14,107 nt of DNA from positions 1 to 14,107 of the forward strand of contig JBGFRZ010000051.1 of assembly GCA_041694835.1 (NCBI GenBank), in the 5' to 3' direction. Under the pieces are notes generated by a model. It did no database searches. It worked only from the letters and a program-made list of their open reading frames with translations, and had not been told where the DNA came from. The translations under genes and the position numbers were made by a program. The stretch comes from Ignavibacteria bacterium. GTDB lineage: Bacteria > Elusimicrobiota > Endomicrobiia > PHAN01. Positions 1-8,503 of this stretch are shown one piece after another (within the stretch, counting starts at the first letter, position 1; the number at the start of each line of letters is the position of its first letter).

Positions 1-1
1 G

Positions 2-3000
2 ACGGCGTTTAGTTCAACAATAAGCGTATTGACGGAAAGTTTCCCGGTGATGTATCTTAAAATAGCTAATCCAGGATTTGAAATGTCGCCTGATTTGACT
101 GGTTGGACAAAGGAGGGCACAGCAGCTTCCATTGAGCGAAACAACACCATCAGGAGAACAGGAACATCCTCTTGTAGATTTGATAATCCGACAAGTGCCT
201 ATACAGGCAGAGGAATCGTTTCATCTACTTCAAGTGTTATAGCAGGTGTAACATACCAGGTCGGCGCATGGTTTTATGTAGCACAAGCAGGCGGAGTTAT
301 AGCAGATACCCAAATTCGCATAGGAATGAGATGGACAAACGTCTCAGGCGCCATAATTTACACAAGCACATCAACCGACTTAACACTTTCCGCATTTACA
401 ACCTGGCAAAGTGTAACATATTCTACAGTCGCTCCTTCGGATGCTGTCGGCGCGGTTATGACAATTCATGTCAAAGAAACGGCCGATAATAACAATGATG
501 TTTATGTTGATGATGTTTTTACCAGACCAGACACAATACCACCGGGCGCAATAACAAATTTGACAGCGGAAAAAGGCGTAAATCCCGGTGAAGTCAATCT
601 AACATGGACAGCCGTCGGTGATGACGGATATTCCGAGAATAACGGCGCTTCTGCCGGCTATATTTTAAGATACGCCACATATCCTTTGGTCGCTGCTTCG
701 TCGTGGACATGGTATAATTCGGCAGTAGAGTATTTCCAGCAGTGGCCAGTTGCCTCCGTTGGCGCTGTGGAGTTGAGAACCCTGTCGCTTGTGTCCGGTG
801 TTACGTATTATTTCCTGATAAGAACCCGGGACGCCGCAGGAAATGTATCTGCTTTTGATGTACGAGCCATAGATGCCCCGCAGGCGTCTGCCGTCGCAAG
901 AGAAGGGGTTAGGGCGGGTGTAGTTATAAACGAAGTCGCTCCCGACCAGACATCCACACAAGGTCACGATTTCATAGAATTATATAACCCTGGACCGGGG
1001 ACTCCCAACATATTTGGGTGGGAATTATTTGAATACAGCGCTCAGGACACATATCTTGAAAAGGTTGAGGGCAACTGGAACTTTCCTGCAAATTCGTATC
1101 TGGTGATAAGGTTTAATCAGACCAGACAGATGACTTCTCCGGTGCAAATCACTTCCAATTACTTTGAGTTATACACCAATAAAACCGGCATTGCTCAGAC
1201 CGACAATGTCATCATGATTTCTACCGGTGGGCCCAACTCCACCATTCTTGACGTGGTCTGTTTCGCCGACATGAGCGGCTCTCTTACAAATTCAACACGC
1301 TTGAGGGCCGCCTACAACATTGCTCTCTCAACAGGGCAGTGGTTCGGGCCCCTTGCCGACGGCACAAATGATTCGGTTGTAGAAAGTTATATGGCGTCAA
1401 CGCTTTATAACACATCTTCCGGCTGGGCGATAGCCAGAAACAATCTCTCTGCTGACGGCACTAATCCAAGTTATAGAGAATGGGCAATGAACTATACAAC
1501 GTCTCGCGGCGCGCTCAATACAGCATTTGACTCTGTGGCGCCGTCAGCTATAAGTAATCTGGTTGTTGTGGCGGGAGAGAACCGCGGCACAATGCGACTC
1601 ACATGGACGGCCGTCGGAGACGATAGCACAACTGGCACAGCCGCGGGGTATATTCTCAGAAGCCGTTCTGATTTGATGACCGTGGACAACTTCGACACCT
1701 CAGCAAATTACAGCTTTGCCTCTAAGGAAGGTCAGGGTGACACAGCTCGTTGGGTCCCGAGGGCAAGCGGTCAGCCGGAGTCGTATCTTGTTGGAGGTTT
1801 TTTTGCAGGCACGACATATTACATCGGACTAAGAGTACAGGACGAGCGACCGAACACATCCGCTGTCTCTAACATCGTCTCCACCATTGCCGCCAATGTC
1901 ATTGGCTCCAATGTCAGAATAAATGAAATCGCGCCTCTTACCCCCGGCAATGATTGGATAGAGTTTTACGGTGCTCGTGGTCCGGTAAATATAAACGGAT
2001 GGAAAATACTCGGAATAATAGCCGGCGGAACAAGCGAGGTTACATTAAAGACACTTCCCAATATAACTCTTCAGACGGGCGACTATCTTGTTTACAATTG
2101 CATCGATGGGACGGATGAGACCGACGCCACCGGCAGGGGTGCGAACGGTTACTGGGATGTTTTTGGAGCGGCGGACTTGCGTGGATTTGAAGGCGTTGTG
2201 GTGTTAGAAGATAACTTCGGAAACATTGTTGATTTCCTTGCATATTCTCAAGGGGTAGAGCTGTCGTGGGGACCGATATGGACAAACGCTGCCAACTGGC
2301 AGCAGTGGTCTCCTCCGACGGCGTCGGTGGGCAATGCCGCCGACTGGAGCGGTGGAACAGCAACTCATTCGCTCGGCAGAGATGGGTTCTCAACGGATAC
2401 CGACAACACATTGTCTCAGGCGAAAGTTGACTGGAAGATATTTGCCGTCCCGACAAAGGGCGTTCAGAACGACGATATTCCGCCTAGCGCGATAACAAAT
2501 CTCTCGGCTCTGGCAGACGCCAACGTGGAGGGGAAAATCACACTTACATGGACAGCGCCCGGTGACGATATTTATGTCGGCAACAACTTCGGCGGCTATT
2601 ACATAATCAAATACGCCACATTCTCCGTTTCCGTAGAGATGAGTTCCTGGACATGGTGGAACTCTATTTCAACGACAGTTGCGTCTGATGTCAACAGGGG
2701 CTGGGCGTTCAAGACGCCGTCGGCAGTCGGTGCGACGGAAACTCACGTGTTCACGAATCTCTATCCCGCTACGACTTATTATTTCGCCGTCCGCACGGTT
2801 GACGATATGTCTAACTGGTCGTCGTTGGATGTTCAGATAGGCGCAAACAACCCCGCCAATCAGGCGCAGGCGCTCGTCACAAATCTACCGCCTTCGGCTC
2901 CGACGGGAGTTGTCGCGGTTTCAAGCAACACCGCCGTTCTTTTGTCGTGGTCGGCTAACACCGAACTTGACTTAAAAGAATATCGCGTGTCGTCCAACAC

Positions 3001-4612
3001 GGTAAATAATTTTAACACCGCCACAGTCGTTGCGGTCGTCTCATCGGGGACGATTTCCATAAACGCCGGCGGACTCATAAACGGAGTCACTTACTATTTT
3101 TGGGTGCAATCGACAGACGTCTTCGGTATGCTCAGTTCAACCTCGTCCGTTGTTTGGGAGGTGCCGAGGATTCGTCCGCCGTCGGGAGTTGTTTCAAATC
3201 ACAGAGGAACTCATGTGGATATAAGTTGGACACATTCGCCAGACGTGGGTGCTGCGAATTTTGCAGGATATCTTATTTACCGCTCCACCGACCTTTCTAC
3301 CTTCTACCCTCTACTCTCTACTTTATTAAAGGGAACGACTCATCAAGACACAGCGGGCGTAGATGCGACCAAAACATATTATTACTTCCTGCGCTCCTCA
3401 GACACCGCGGGGACGATTAGTTATGCGACGGCGGTTTCTAGCGCAATTCCGGACAGCGTTCCGCCAACTATTGCTTTGATTGCGCCGGCTATCGTGGAAC
3501 TCGTAATTGAGATAAAAGGCGGTCAAATCGTTTTTGAGGCGGATGTTGCGGATTCGCAAGGGACTCCTTACATTTCCGGCGTCGCCACTGAGACGGTAAA
3601 AGTCAACTTTGTCGTTTCAGGAGTTACGACGACGCTTGTTCTTGACGGAATATCTAACATTACATATGTCGGCGGGACGAGAGTGCTTTCTGCCCGGTTT
3701 AGAAAATCCATAGACGCCCAAAGTGCAACTATAAGCCCTGCGCTTAAAGACATACTTACCACTGGTGGAACATTCTACTATTATATCACCGCCCGGGATG
3801 GCGTGGGCAACTCTGCCGTCGCGATGACTTTGCGCAAAATCATTGTCAATGCAGAGTCAATAACATCCGATCCCGTCGGCGCTGCATCTGGCGGCACTGT
3901 TTCATTGAGCGATGGCAACCCTGACGATGGCGAGACATCAATAGTAATTTCGCCCGGCGCACTTGAAAGGGACACAACGATTATCATAACGCAAAAAGAC
4001 CCGCAAAAAACAGCAGACGCCGTTCCGCTGGCAAATAGGGAACCATCGATACTGCTTGACAAAAATAACAGAATGCCTATTGCCATCTATGAATTCAGAC
4101 CGAAAGGCATGAGATTCAAGAAACCTGTCACACTCACGCTTTTATATCTTGAAAGAGATGGGAAACTCGTGAATATAGACGGCACCGAGATTTCGGGAGT
4201 CGATGAAAAGACACTAAAAATTTACTGGCACGACGGTTACGAGTGGCGTTATGTTGGCGGCACCAACGACACGGCGAAAAATACTGTCACAGCCAAAGTC
4301 AACCACTTTACGCTTTTCGCTTTATTTGCTTCAAGAGGACCTTCTGAAAAACCGACGGCGGCCGAGAAATTCATAACTCCTGCGACTGCCGACGGAATAA
4401 ACGACGCCCTTGTTTTTGACGGCTCGCCTGACGATTTCAAAGAAATTACGATTTATGACATCAACGGCAGGATTGTAAAAAAACTTGAGAACACAAACAG
4501 CTGGAACGGCAAAGATGAAAACGACAAGATTGTTGAAATTGGCGCATATATCTGGCGTGCCGTCTATATCAACGGAAAAGTCAATTACGGCACGGTGGTT
4601 GTTGCAAAATAG
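2..4612 (+). CDS. Giant secreted multidomain protein, 5'-truncated: CBM_4_9-like domain, FN3-like repeats alternating with lamin-tail domains, further FN3/Ig, ZU5-like region, and a C-terminal gliding-motility/T9SS type-B-like sorting domain
   Basis: The frame is open from base 2 (acg gcg ttt agt... TAFSSTISVL) into the 29..4612 ORF, so the true start is upstream of the window. Motifs: 'IANPGFE...GW...VYVDDV' (CBM-like); three 'D.xPP.AI.NL...LTWTAxGDD' FN3-like units; LTD 'VVINEV...DFIELYN' and 'VRINEI...DWIEFY'; C-terminal 'FITPATADGIND...TIYDINGRIVKKL...WNGKDENDKIVEIGAYIW'. Confidence 0.85.
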   Translation, partial: TAFSSTISVLTESFPVMYLKIANPGFEMSPDLTGWTKEGTAASIERNNTIRRTGTSSCRFDNPTSAYTGRGIVSSTSSVIAGVTYQVGAWFYVAQAGGVIADTQIRIGMRWTNVSGAIIYTSTSTDLTLSAFTTWQSVTYSTVAPSDAVGAVMTIHVKETADNNNDVYVDDVFTRPDTIPPGAITNLTAEKGVNPGEVNLTWTAVGDDGYSENNGASAGYILRYATYPLVAASSWTWYNSAVEYFQQWPVASVGAVELRTLSLVSGVTYYFLIRTRDAAGNVSAFDVRAIDAPQASAVAREGVRAGVVINEVAPDQTSTQGHDFIELYNPGPGTPNIFGWELFEYSAQDTYLEKVEGNWNFPANSYLVIRFNQTRQMTSPVQITSNYFELYTNKTGIAQTDNVIMISTGGPNSTILDVVCFADMSGSLTNSTRLRAAYNIALSTGQWFGPLADGTNDSVVESYMASTLYNTSSGWAIARNNLSADGTNPSYREWAMNYTTSRGALNTAFDSVAPSAISNLVVVAGENRGTMRLTWTAVGDDSTTGTAAGYILRSRSDLMTVDNFDTSANYSFASKEGQGDTARWVPRASGQPESYLVGGFFAGTTYYIGLRVQDERPNTSAVSNIVSTIAANVIGSNVRINEIAPLTPGNDWIEFYGARGPVNINGWKILGIIAGGTSEVTLKTLPNITLQTGDYLVYNCIDGTDETDATGRGANGYWDVFGAADLRGFEGVVVLEDNFGNIVDFLAYSQGVELSWGPIWTNAANWQQWSPPTASVGNAADWSGGTATHSLGRDGFSTDTDNTLSQAKVDWKIFAVPTKGVQNDDIPPSAITNLSALADANVEGKITLTWTAPGDDIYVGNNFGGYYIIKYATFSVSVEMSSWTWWNSISTTVASDVNRGWAFKTPSAVGATETHVFTNLYPATTYYFAVRTVDDMSNWSSLDVQIGANNPANQAQALVTNLPPSAPTGVVAVSSNTAVLLSWSANTELDLKEYRVSSNTVNNFNTATVVAVVSSGTISINAGGLINGVTYYFWVQSTDVFGMLSSTSSVVWEVPRIRPPSGVVSNHRGTHVDISWTHSPDVGAANFAGYLIYRSTDLSTFYPLLSTLLKGTTHQDTAGVDATKTYYYFLRSSDTAGTISYATAVSSAIPDSVPPTIALIAPAIVELVIEIKGGQIVFEADVADSQGTPYISGVATETVKVNFVVSGVTTTLVLDGISNITYVGGTRVLSARFRKSIDAQSATISPALKDILTTGGTFYYYITARDGVGNSAVAMTLRKIIVNAESITSDPVGAASGGTVSLSDGNPDDGETSIVISPGALERDTTIIITQKDPQKTADAVPLANREPSILLDKNNRMPIAIYEFRPKGMRFKKPVTLTLLYLERDGKLVNIDGTEISGVDEKTLKIYWHDGYEWRYVGGTNDTAKNTVTAKVNHFTLFALFASRGPSEKPTAAEKFITPATADGINDALVFDGSPDDFKEITIYDINGRIVKKLENTNSWNGKDENDKIVEIGAYIWRAVYINGKVNYGTVVVAK

Positions 4613-4618
4613 AAAGGC

Positions 4619-4668
4619 AGATACATGATGCAAGATACAGGTAGAGACAAATGTAGAAGGGTAGAAAA
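4619..4668 (+). repeat. Degenerate purine-rich short tandem repeats (AGATACA-TGATGCA-AGATACA; GTAGAAGG-GTAGAAAA)
   Basis: 7-mers at 4619-4639 and 8-mers at 4653-4668 fill the gap between the giant gene's stop and the MNT start. Confidence 0.5.
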
Positions 4669-4671
4669 GTA

Positions 4672-4962
4672 ATGAGTAATTATTTGGAAATATTAAGGCG
4701 GAAAATTACCGAATTATTTAAGGACGAAGACATACAAATATTTTTATTTGGTTCAAGAGCGCGCAACAACGCTTCAAATGTATCTGACATTGATATCGGA
4801 GTAATACCAAACACTGACTCGGCCAGAAAGAAACTCACGTTATTCAAGGGAAGCATAGAGGATTTGAATATACCTTATAAGATAGAGGTTGTAAATTTCA
4901 AGGAGGTCTCGCAAGAATTTAAGGAAGAAGCGCTCAAAAACAAGGTTGTATGGAAATACTAA
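4672..4962 (+). CDS. Minimal nucleotidyltransferase (MNT) antitoxin, MntA-like
   Basis: 96 aa with the GS-x10-DxD motif (LFGSRARNNASNVSDID). It overlaps the downstream HEPN gene by 13 nt. Confidence 0.9.
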   Translation: MSNYLEILRRKITELFKDEDIQIFLFGSRARNNASNVSDIDIGVIPNTDSARKKLTLFKGSIEDLNIPYKIEVVNFKEVSQEFKEEALKNKVVWKY

Positions 4963-5339
4963 AATTGCGATGCGACGATGCGCTCAAAGCGCTTGGCACA
5001 CTTGAAGAAATATTAAAAGAGCCGTATTCGGTTATAGTTCGCGATGCCGCCATACAAAGATTTGAATATACTTTCGAGGCATTGTGGAAATTTTTGAAAG
5101 AGTATCTGAAAGAGAAAGAAGGTGTTATATCCAATTCGCCGAAATCATGTTTTAGAGAGATTTTCTCGCTTGGTTTCATAACGGAAGATGAGACAATCGC
5201 GTATATGGAAATGACTGACACAAGGAATGAAACATCGCATACGTACAAGGAAGAAATGGCGAAAATAATTTATGATAAAATTGCTGGATATTTTACCTTG
5301 ATGAAAAATATTTTAGATAAAATAAAGGTAGAAAGATGA
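4950..5339 (+). CDS. HEPN-domain protein (HI0074 / nucleotidyltransferase substrate-binding family), putative RNase toxin
   Basis: 'RDAAIQRFEYTFEALWK', 'SPKSCFRE', and an intact Rx4HxY motif (RNETSHTY). It is paired with the MNT gene. Confidence 0.9.
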   Translation: MEILKLRCDDALKALGTLEEILKEPYSVIVRDAAIQRFEYTFEALWKFLKEYLKEKEGVISNSPKSCFREIFSLGFITEDETIAYMEMTDTRNETSHTYKEEMAKIIYDKIAGYFTLMKNILDKIKVER

Positions 5340-5548
5340 AAAAACGAAATATGAAAAAAATTTGGGCGAATGTATCGTCGTCATTTAATGAGTCTGAAAA
5401 ATTTGAAAAAAAGTATAATGCAAGTAAAACACCACGACAACTTTTGAGTGATATTCAGGTATGCAGAGAGCAGTATTATAAATTGAGAGGATGTCTTGAA
5501 GGTAGAAAAGGACTACGAAGAGTTTTTAAGATTGTTAAACAAACATAA
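5336..5548 (+). CDS. Small basic hypothetical protein, probable partner of the downstream nucleotidyltransferase
   Basis: ATGA overlap with the HEPN stop. The 'Y..SKTPRQLL..IQVCREQ' pattern resembles small ORFs found beside DUF6036-type NTases. The start could instead be ATG 5351. Confidence 0.6.
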   Translation: MKKRNMKKIWANVSSSFNESEKFEKKYNASKTPRQLLSDIQVCREQYYKLRGCLEGRKGLRRVFKIVKQT

Positions 5549-5936
5549 GGTCAAGTATTGCATAACCGGCTCTTTCGCCGTCGGTATTTATGGTTATGCG
5601 CGATATACAAAAGACATTGATATTTTAGTTGAGCCATCTGAGAAAAACGCTATAAGAATACTAAGAGCACTTAAAAATTTCGGATTTGGCGGAGTCGGAT
5701 TGAAGACGGGCGATTTTACAAAAAATGGAAATATAATTCAGTTGGGGTATGAACCCGTCAGAATAGACCTTATGACTGCAATAAGCGGTGCGGGTTTTAA
5801 TGAGGTTTGGAGAACGAAGAAAGAAATGTTTTTCGGTAAGACAAAAGCATTTTTCATAGGAAAGAAAGAATTGCTCAAAACAAAAAGAAAAACGGCACGA
5901 AAACAGGACTTGCTTGATATTTTGAAAATAAAATGA
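5496..5936 (+). CDS. Nucleotidyltransferase-fold protein (DUF6036-like)
   Basis: 'KYCITGSFAVGIYGYARYTKDIDILV' (G-x-x-A...G..R.T.DxD) and C-terminal 'K..TARKQDLLD'. TTG start with GAGAGGA about 5 nt upstream. Confidence 0.8.
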   Translation: MKVEKDYEEFLRLLNKHKVKYCITGSFAVGIYGYARYTKDIDILVEPSEKNAIRILRALKNFGFGGVGLKTGDFTKNGNIIQLGYEPVRIDLMTAISGAGFNEVWRTKKEMFFGKTKAFFIGKKELLKTKRKTARKQDLLDILKIK

Positions 5937-6997
5937 AAAAACTTACTAAATCAGTGATTAAGCAAATAGCGATTAAGCGATTAAGTGAAAAACACTATTT
6001 GCTATTTGCTATTCGCTATTTGCTATCCACTATTTGCTATTTGCTATTTACTACTTGCTATCTTTACGGCGCTTTTAAGGAAAACATCTGGACGGCTCGC
6101 ACTGCTGCGATGGGCGGGGCGTTTTCTGCCGTCTCCGATGATGTCTCGTCGACAATATTCAATCCCGCGGGACTCGCTCAGATTGAAAGAAACGAAGCCA
6201 ATTTTACCTACGCTCAGAAATTTTTGAATCTTCCCAATGTTCAAACGTCCAATATGAACGGTCTTTTTGGATATACAGTGCCGAAAATCGGAGCGTTCGG
6301 TCTGGGGTATCTCTCAAGCGGTGTATCTGATTTATACACAGAGCAATCCATTATTTTAACATACTCTGCGCCGCTTCATATCTTGCTCGGCGAAAAAACC
6401 GTGACCGTTGCCAGAAGAACAAAAGAATTTCCAATTTTACCCATTCCAATTTATGCGGGTTTAAATATAAAATATCTTTCTGTCGGATATAATCTGGACG
6501 AGAAAACTAAATTGAGGAGCGGCGGCGACCCTGTTTTTAAAGACGGGACTTCAAAAGGCGGAGTTGCGGTTGACATCGGATTTTTGGTTATGCCCCTTGA
6601 AAAACTCTCAGCGGCGCTTTCGGTGAAGAATCTTTTAACGCCAGATGTGGGACTTAAAATATCTGAAACTGTGCCTCTGGAGTTAACGCTCGGCGGTGGC
6701 TACAAGTTTGGGGATGCGGGAGTTTTTGAGGATTTGAAAGTTTCTTTGGATTTGTCGAACAGGATTCCGCAGGGCGCCTCTCCCGAGTTCAATTGGCGAT
6801 TTGGTGTAGAGTCATGGTTTAGCTATCACAGATATGCGGCGCGGCTCGGCCTCAACAATACCGAAATCGCTTTGGGCGGTGGAATAATTCAGAGCTTGGG
6901 TCATGTAGAGCTTCAGTTGGATTATTCATTTACCATGCCGATGCATCTTTCTGATAATTTTGGCTCTCACCGCCTCTCTTTGTCTACGCGTTTCTAA
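5933..6997 (+). CDS. PorV/PorQ/PorP-like outer-membrane beta-barrel (T9SS-associated, FadL-like superfamily)
   Basis: Signal peptide ending LYG/AF, then 'ARTAAMGGAFSAVSDD...FNPAGLAQ', alternating beta-strand patterns, and a C-terminal 'HRLSLSTRF' ending in Phe. Confidence 0.8.
   Translation: MKKLTKSVIKQIAIKRLSEKHYLLFAIRYLLSTICYLLFTTCYLYGAFKENIWTARTAAMGGAFSAVSDDVSSTIFNPAGLAQIERNEANFTYAQKFLNLPNVQTSNMNGLFGYTVPKIGAFGLGYLSSGVSDLYTEQSIILTYSAPLHILLGEKTVTVARRTKEFPILPIPIYAGLNIKYLSVGYNLDEKTKLRSGGDPVFKDGTSKGGVAVDIGFLVMPLEKLSAALSVKNLLTPDVGLKISETVPLELTLGGGYKFGDAGVFEDLKVSLDLSNRIPQGASPEFNWRFGVESWFSYHRYAARLGLNNTEIALGGGIIQSLGHVELQLDYSFTMPMHLSDNFGSHRLSLSTRF
5956..6064 (+). repeat. GATTAAGC 8-mer arm followed by ten CTATTTG-type heptamers inside the barrel's signal-peptide coding region
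   Basis: GATTAAG(C/T) at 5956, 5971 and 5979. Heptamers run 5995-6064. AGCAAATAGCGA (5961-5972) is the exact reverse complement of TCGCTATTTGCT (6013-6024). Confidence 0.9.
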
Positions 6998-7007
6998 CGG
7001 CTCTTCT

Positions 7008-7124
7008 CCAAATGTTGTTGTAACATTGGGTAAGGATTCTATGATGTGTAAAAACAAAGTATTTTCACTCATTCTCGTCCCGATAAATCGGGACTGCGAG
7101 GCAATCAAGTGTTCACACTTGATT
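7008..7124. repeat. Cluster of intergenic palindromes (REP-like or structured RNA)
   Basis: AATGTT/AACATT (7011-7027), GTCCCGAT-aa-ATCGGGAC (7077-7094), and AATCAAGTGT-tc-ACACTTGATT (7103-7124). Confidence 0.6.
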
Positions 7125-7208
7125 AAACCCGCTCAAACACTTTGTTTTTATACGCACAACAAAAAATGGAGAAGACACAATTTTACAAATGTGCAAATTT
7201 TGGAAATT

Positions 7209-7217
7209 TGATATAAT
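7209..7217 (+). promoter_or_regulatory. Extended -10 sigma70-type promoter element (TGnTATAAT) for the SpoVG-like gene
   Basis: TG-A-TATAAT at 7209-7217, about 45 nt upstream of ATG 7263, with RBS AAGGAGG at 7251-7257. Confidence 0.6.
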
Positions 7218-7262
7218 AAGTTAGGTCGCGTTCAGAAAAATCTCAAAATGAAGGAGGAAAAG

Positions 7263-7877
7263 ATGCGCAAATTTTTAAGTGCATTGGCAGTTTTGCTTGC
7301 CGCCAGTTTGTTTTCGTTTGCTCAGGTTAGCAAAGACATAGTTGTTACCGAAGTAGAAGTCGCCCCTGTCAGCGAAGGCGCCGTTAAGGGACTCGCCACG
7401 ATTGTGTTAAACAATGTTATTGAAATCAGCGAGATTCAGGTTTTGAAAGTCGGAGGAAGGACTTCCCTAAAATTTCCGGAGTACATCTCAAAAAAGGGTA
7501 AGGTCTATCCTCAGATAACTATCCACACGAAACAGGCCAACGACGCTATCGTAGAGGCTGTTGAGACGGGAATGCCGAGCGATGAAAAAGCGAAGGCGAT
7601 TTCATTCAAGGTGACGAAATTTTCAAGATTCACCAGGCCCTCGAAACTCAAAGTTTTTGCCGCGGTTATTTTCAACGATGCCGTGGAAGTGGAATGCAAG
7701 GTTATGGAAGGAAAAAGGGGGCCGTGGATTTCATGGCCGGCGAGAAAACCGGAAGAGGGCGGGAGATGGATACAGCAGGTAAAAATCAGGAACAAAGCCG
7801 TAAAAGACGCCATAGAAAAAACCCTTCTTGAGAGATACTCGAAGATGATTTCCGAGGGCGGCTCAGACGACGAATAA
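7263..7877 (+). CDS. Tandem SpoVG-like protein with an N-terminal Sec signal peptide
   Basis: Start moved to ATG 7263 because of the AAGGAGG RBS. 'MRKFLSALAVLLAASLFSFA/Q' is a signal peptide. Two SpoVG-like repeats follow: 'VKGLATIVLNN...IQVLKVGGRTSLKFPEY' and 'KLKVFAAVIFNDAVEVECKVMEGKRGPWISWPARK...AIEKTLLERY'. Confidence 0.75.
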   Translation: MRKFLSALAVLLAASLFSFAQVSKDIVVTEVEVAPVSEGAVKGLATIVLNNVIEISEIQVLKVGGRTSLKFPEYISKKGKVYPQITIHTKQANDAIVEAVETGMPSDEKAKAISFKVTKFSRFTRPSKLKVFAAVIFNDAVEVECKVMEGKRGPWISWPARKPEEGGRWIQQVKIRNKAVKDAIEKTLLERYSKMISEGGSDDE

Positions 7878-7982
7878 AACACACAAAAATATAGAGCACA
7901 AGCACAATTACAGAATAACGGAAGTTAATTGCCTCTTAATCTCTTTCCTGTTTTATTATCTTTTATCTTATGTAAATAAATT

Positions 7983-8012
7983 AAAAGCGGGGATAATCTC
8001 TCTGCTTTTTTT
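7983..8012 (+). terminator. Intrinsic terminator-like hairpin, possibly bidirectional
   Basis: AGCGGGGA (7986-7993) pairs with TCTCTGCT (7999-8006) using G-U pairs. It is preceded by an A-run and followed by a T7 run. Confidence 0.6.
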
Positions 8013-8020
8013 GTTATGAT

Positions 8021-8503
8021 ATGGATTACTATGAATTTTTTAAAAAGTTAAACGAAAAGAATGTCAAATATATCACAGTCGGCGGTCTTGCCGTAAATCT
8101 GCACGGTATACCACGTCTTACATACGACATAGACCTTATTGTTGAGATGAGCGATGAAAACATACAGGTTCTTATGAAATTATTGAACGAAATGGGATAT
8201 AAGCCAAAAATCCCCGTCAACATCTTGGATTTCGCAAATATGCAAAAAAGGAAAGAGTGGATTGAAAACAAAAATATGAAAGCATTTTGTCTTGTAAGCG
8301 ACAAGTTGGCCATAAGAGAGGTGGATATAGTCGTAAACACTCGGGTCAACTACGATTCTGCAAAAAAGAATGTCGTATTTTATGATTTGTATGACACAAA
8401 AATCGCGACTGTGGGCATCGACGACCTTATTAGAATGAAAAAAAACACAGGCAGAAAACAAGATGAAACGGATATAGAACATTTAAGAAGAATTAAAAAG
8501 TGA
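8021..8503 (+). CDS. Nucleotidyltransferase-fold protein (DUF6036-like), second copy
   Basis: 'KYITVGGLAVNLHGIPRLTYDIDLIV' and C-terminal 'DLIRMKKNTGRKQDETDIEHL'. Confidence 0.85.
   Translation: MDYYEFFKKLNEKNVKYITVGGLAVNLHGIPRLTYDIDLIVEMSDENIQVLMKLLNEMGYKPKIPVNILDFANMQKRKEWIENKNMKAFCLVSDKLAIREVDIVVNTRVNYDSAKKNVVFYDLYDTKIATVGIDDLIRMKKNTGRKQDETDIEHLRRIKK

Noticed and set aside
268-4633. Antisense and alternate-frame ORFs within the giant gene, and similar ones elsewhere
   Set aside because: They are shadows of well-supported + strand genes with no independent motifs.
5995-6064. CRISPR array at this or the other repeat tracts
   Set aside because: Units are 6-8 nt, directly tandem, with no unique spacers and no cas genes.
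6960-7211. 83-aa ORF in the intergenic region
   Set aside because: It overlaps the barrel's 3' end, runs through palindromes and the promoter region, and has no recognisable motif or RBS.
8012-8020. TGnTATGAT extended -10 before the second NTase
   Set aside because: It directly abuts the ATG, leaving no room for a transcription start even for a leaderless mRNA.
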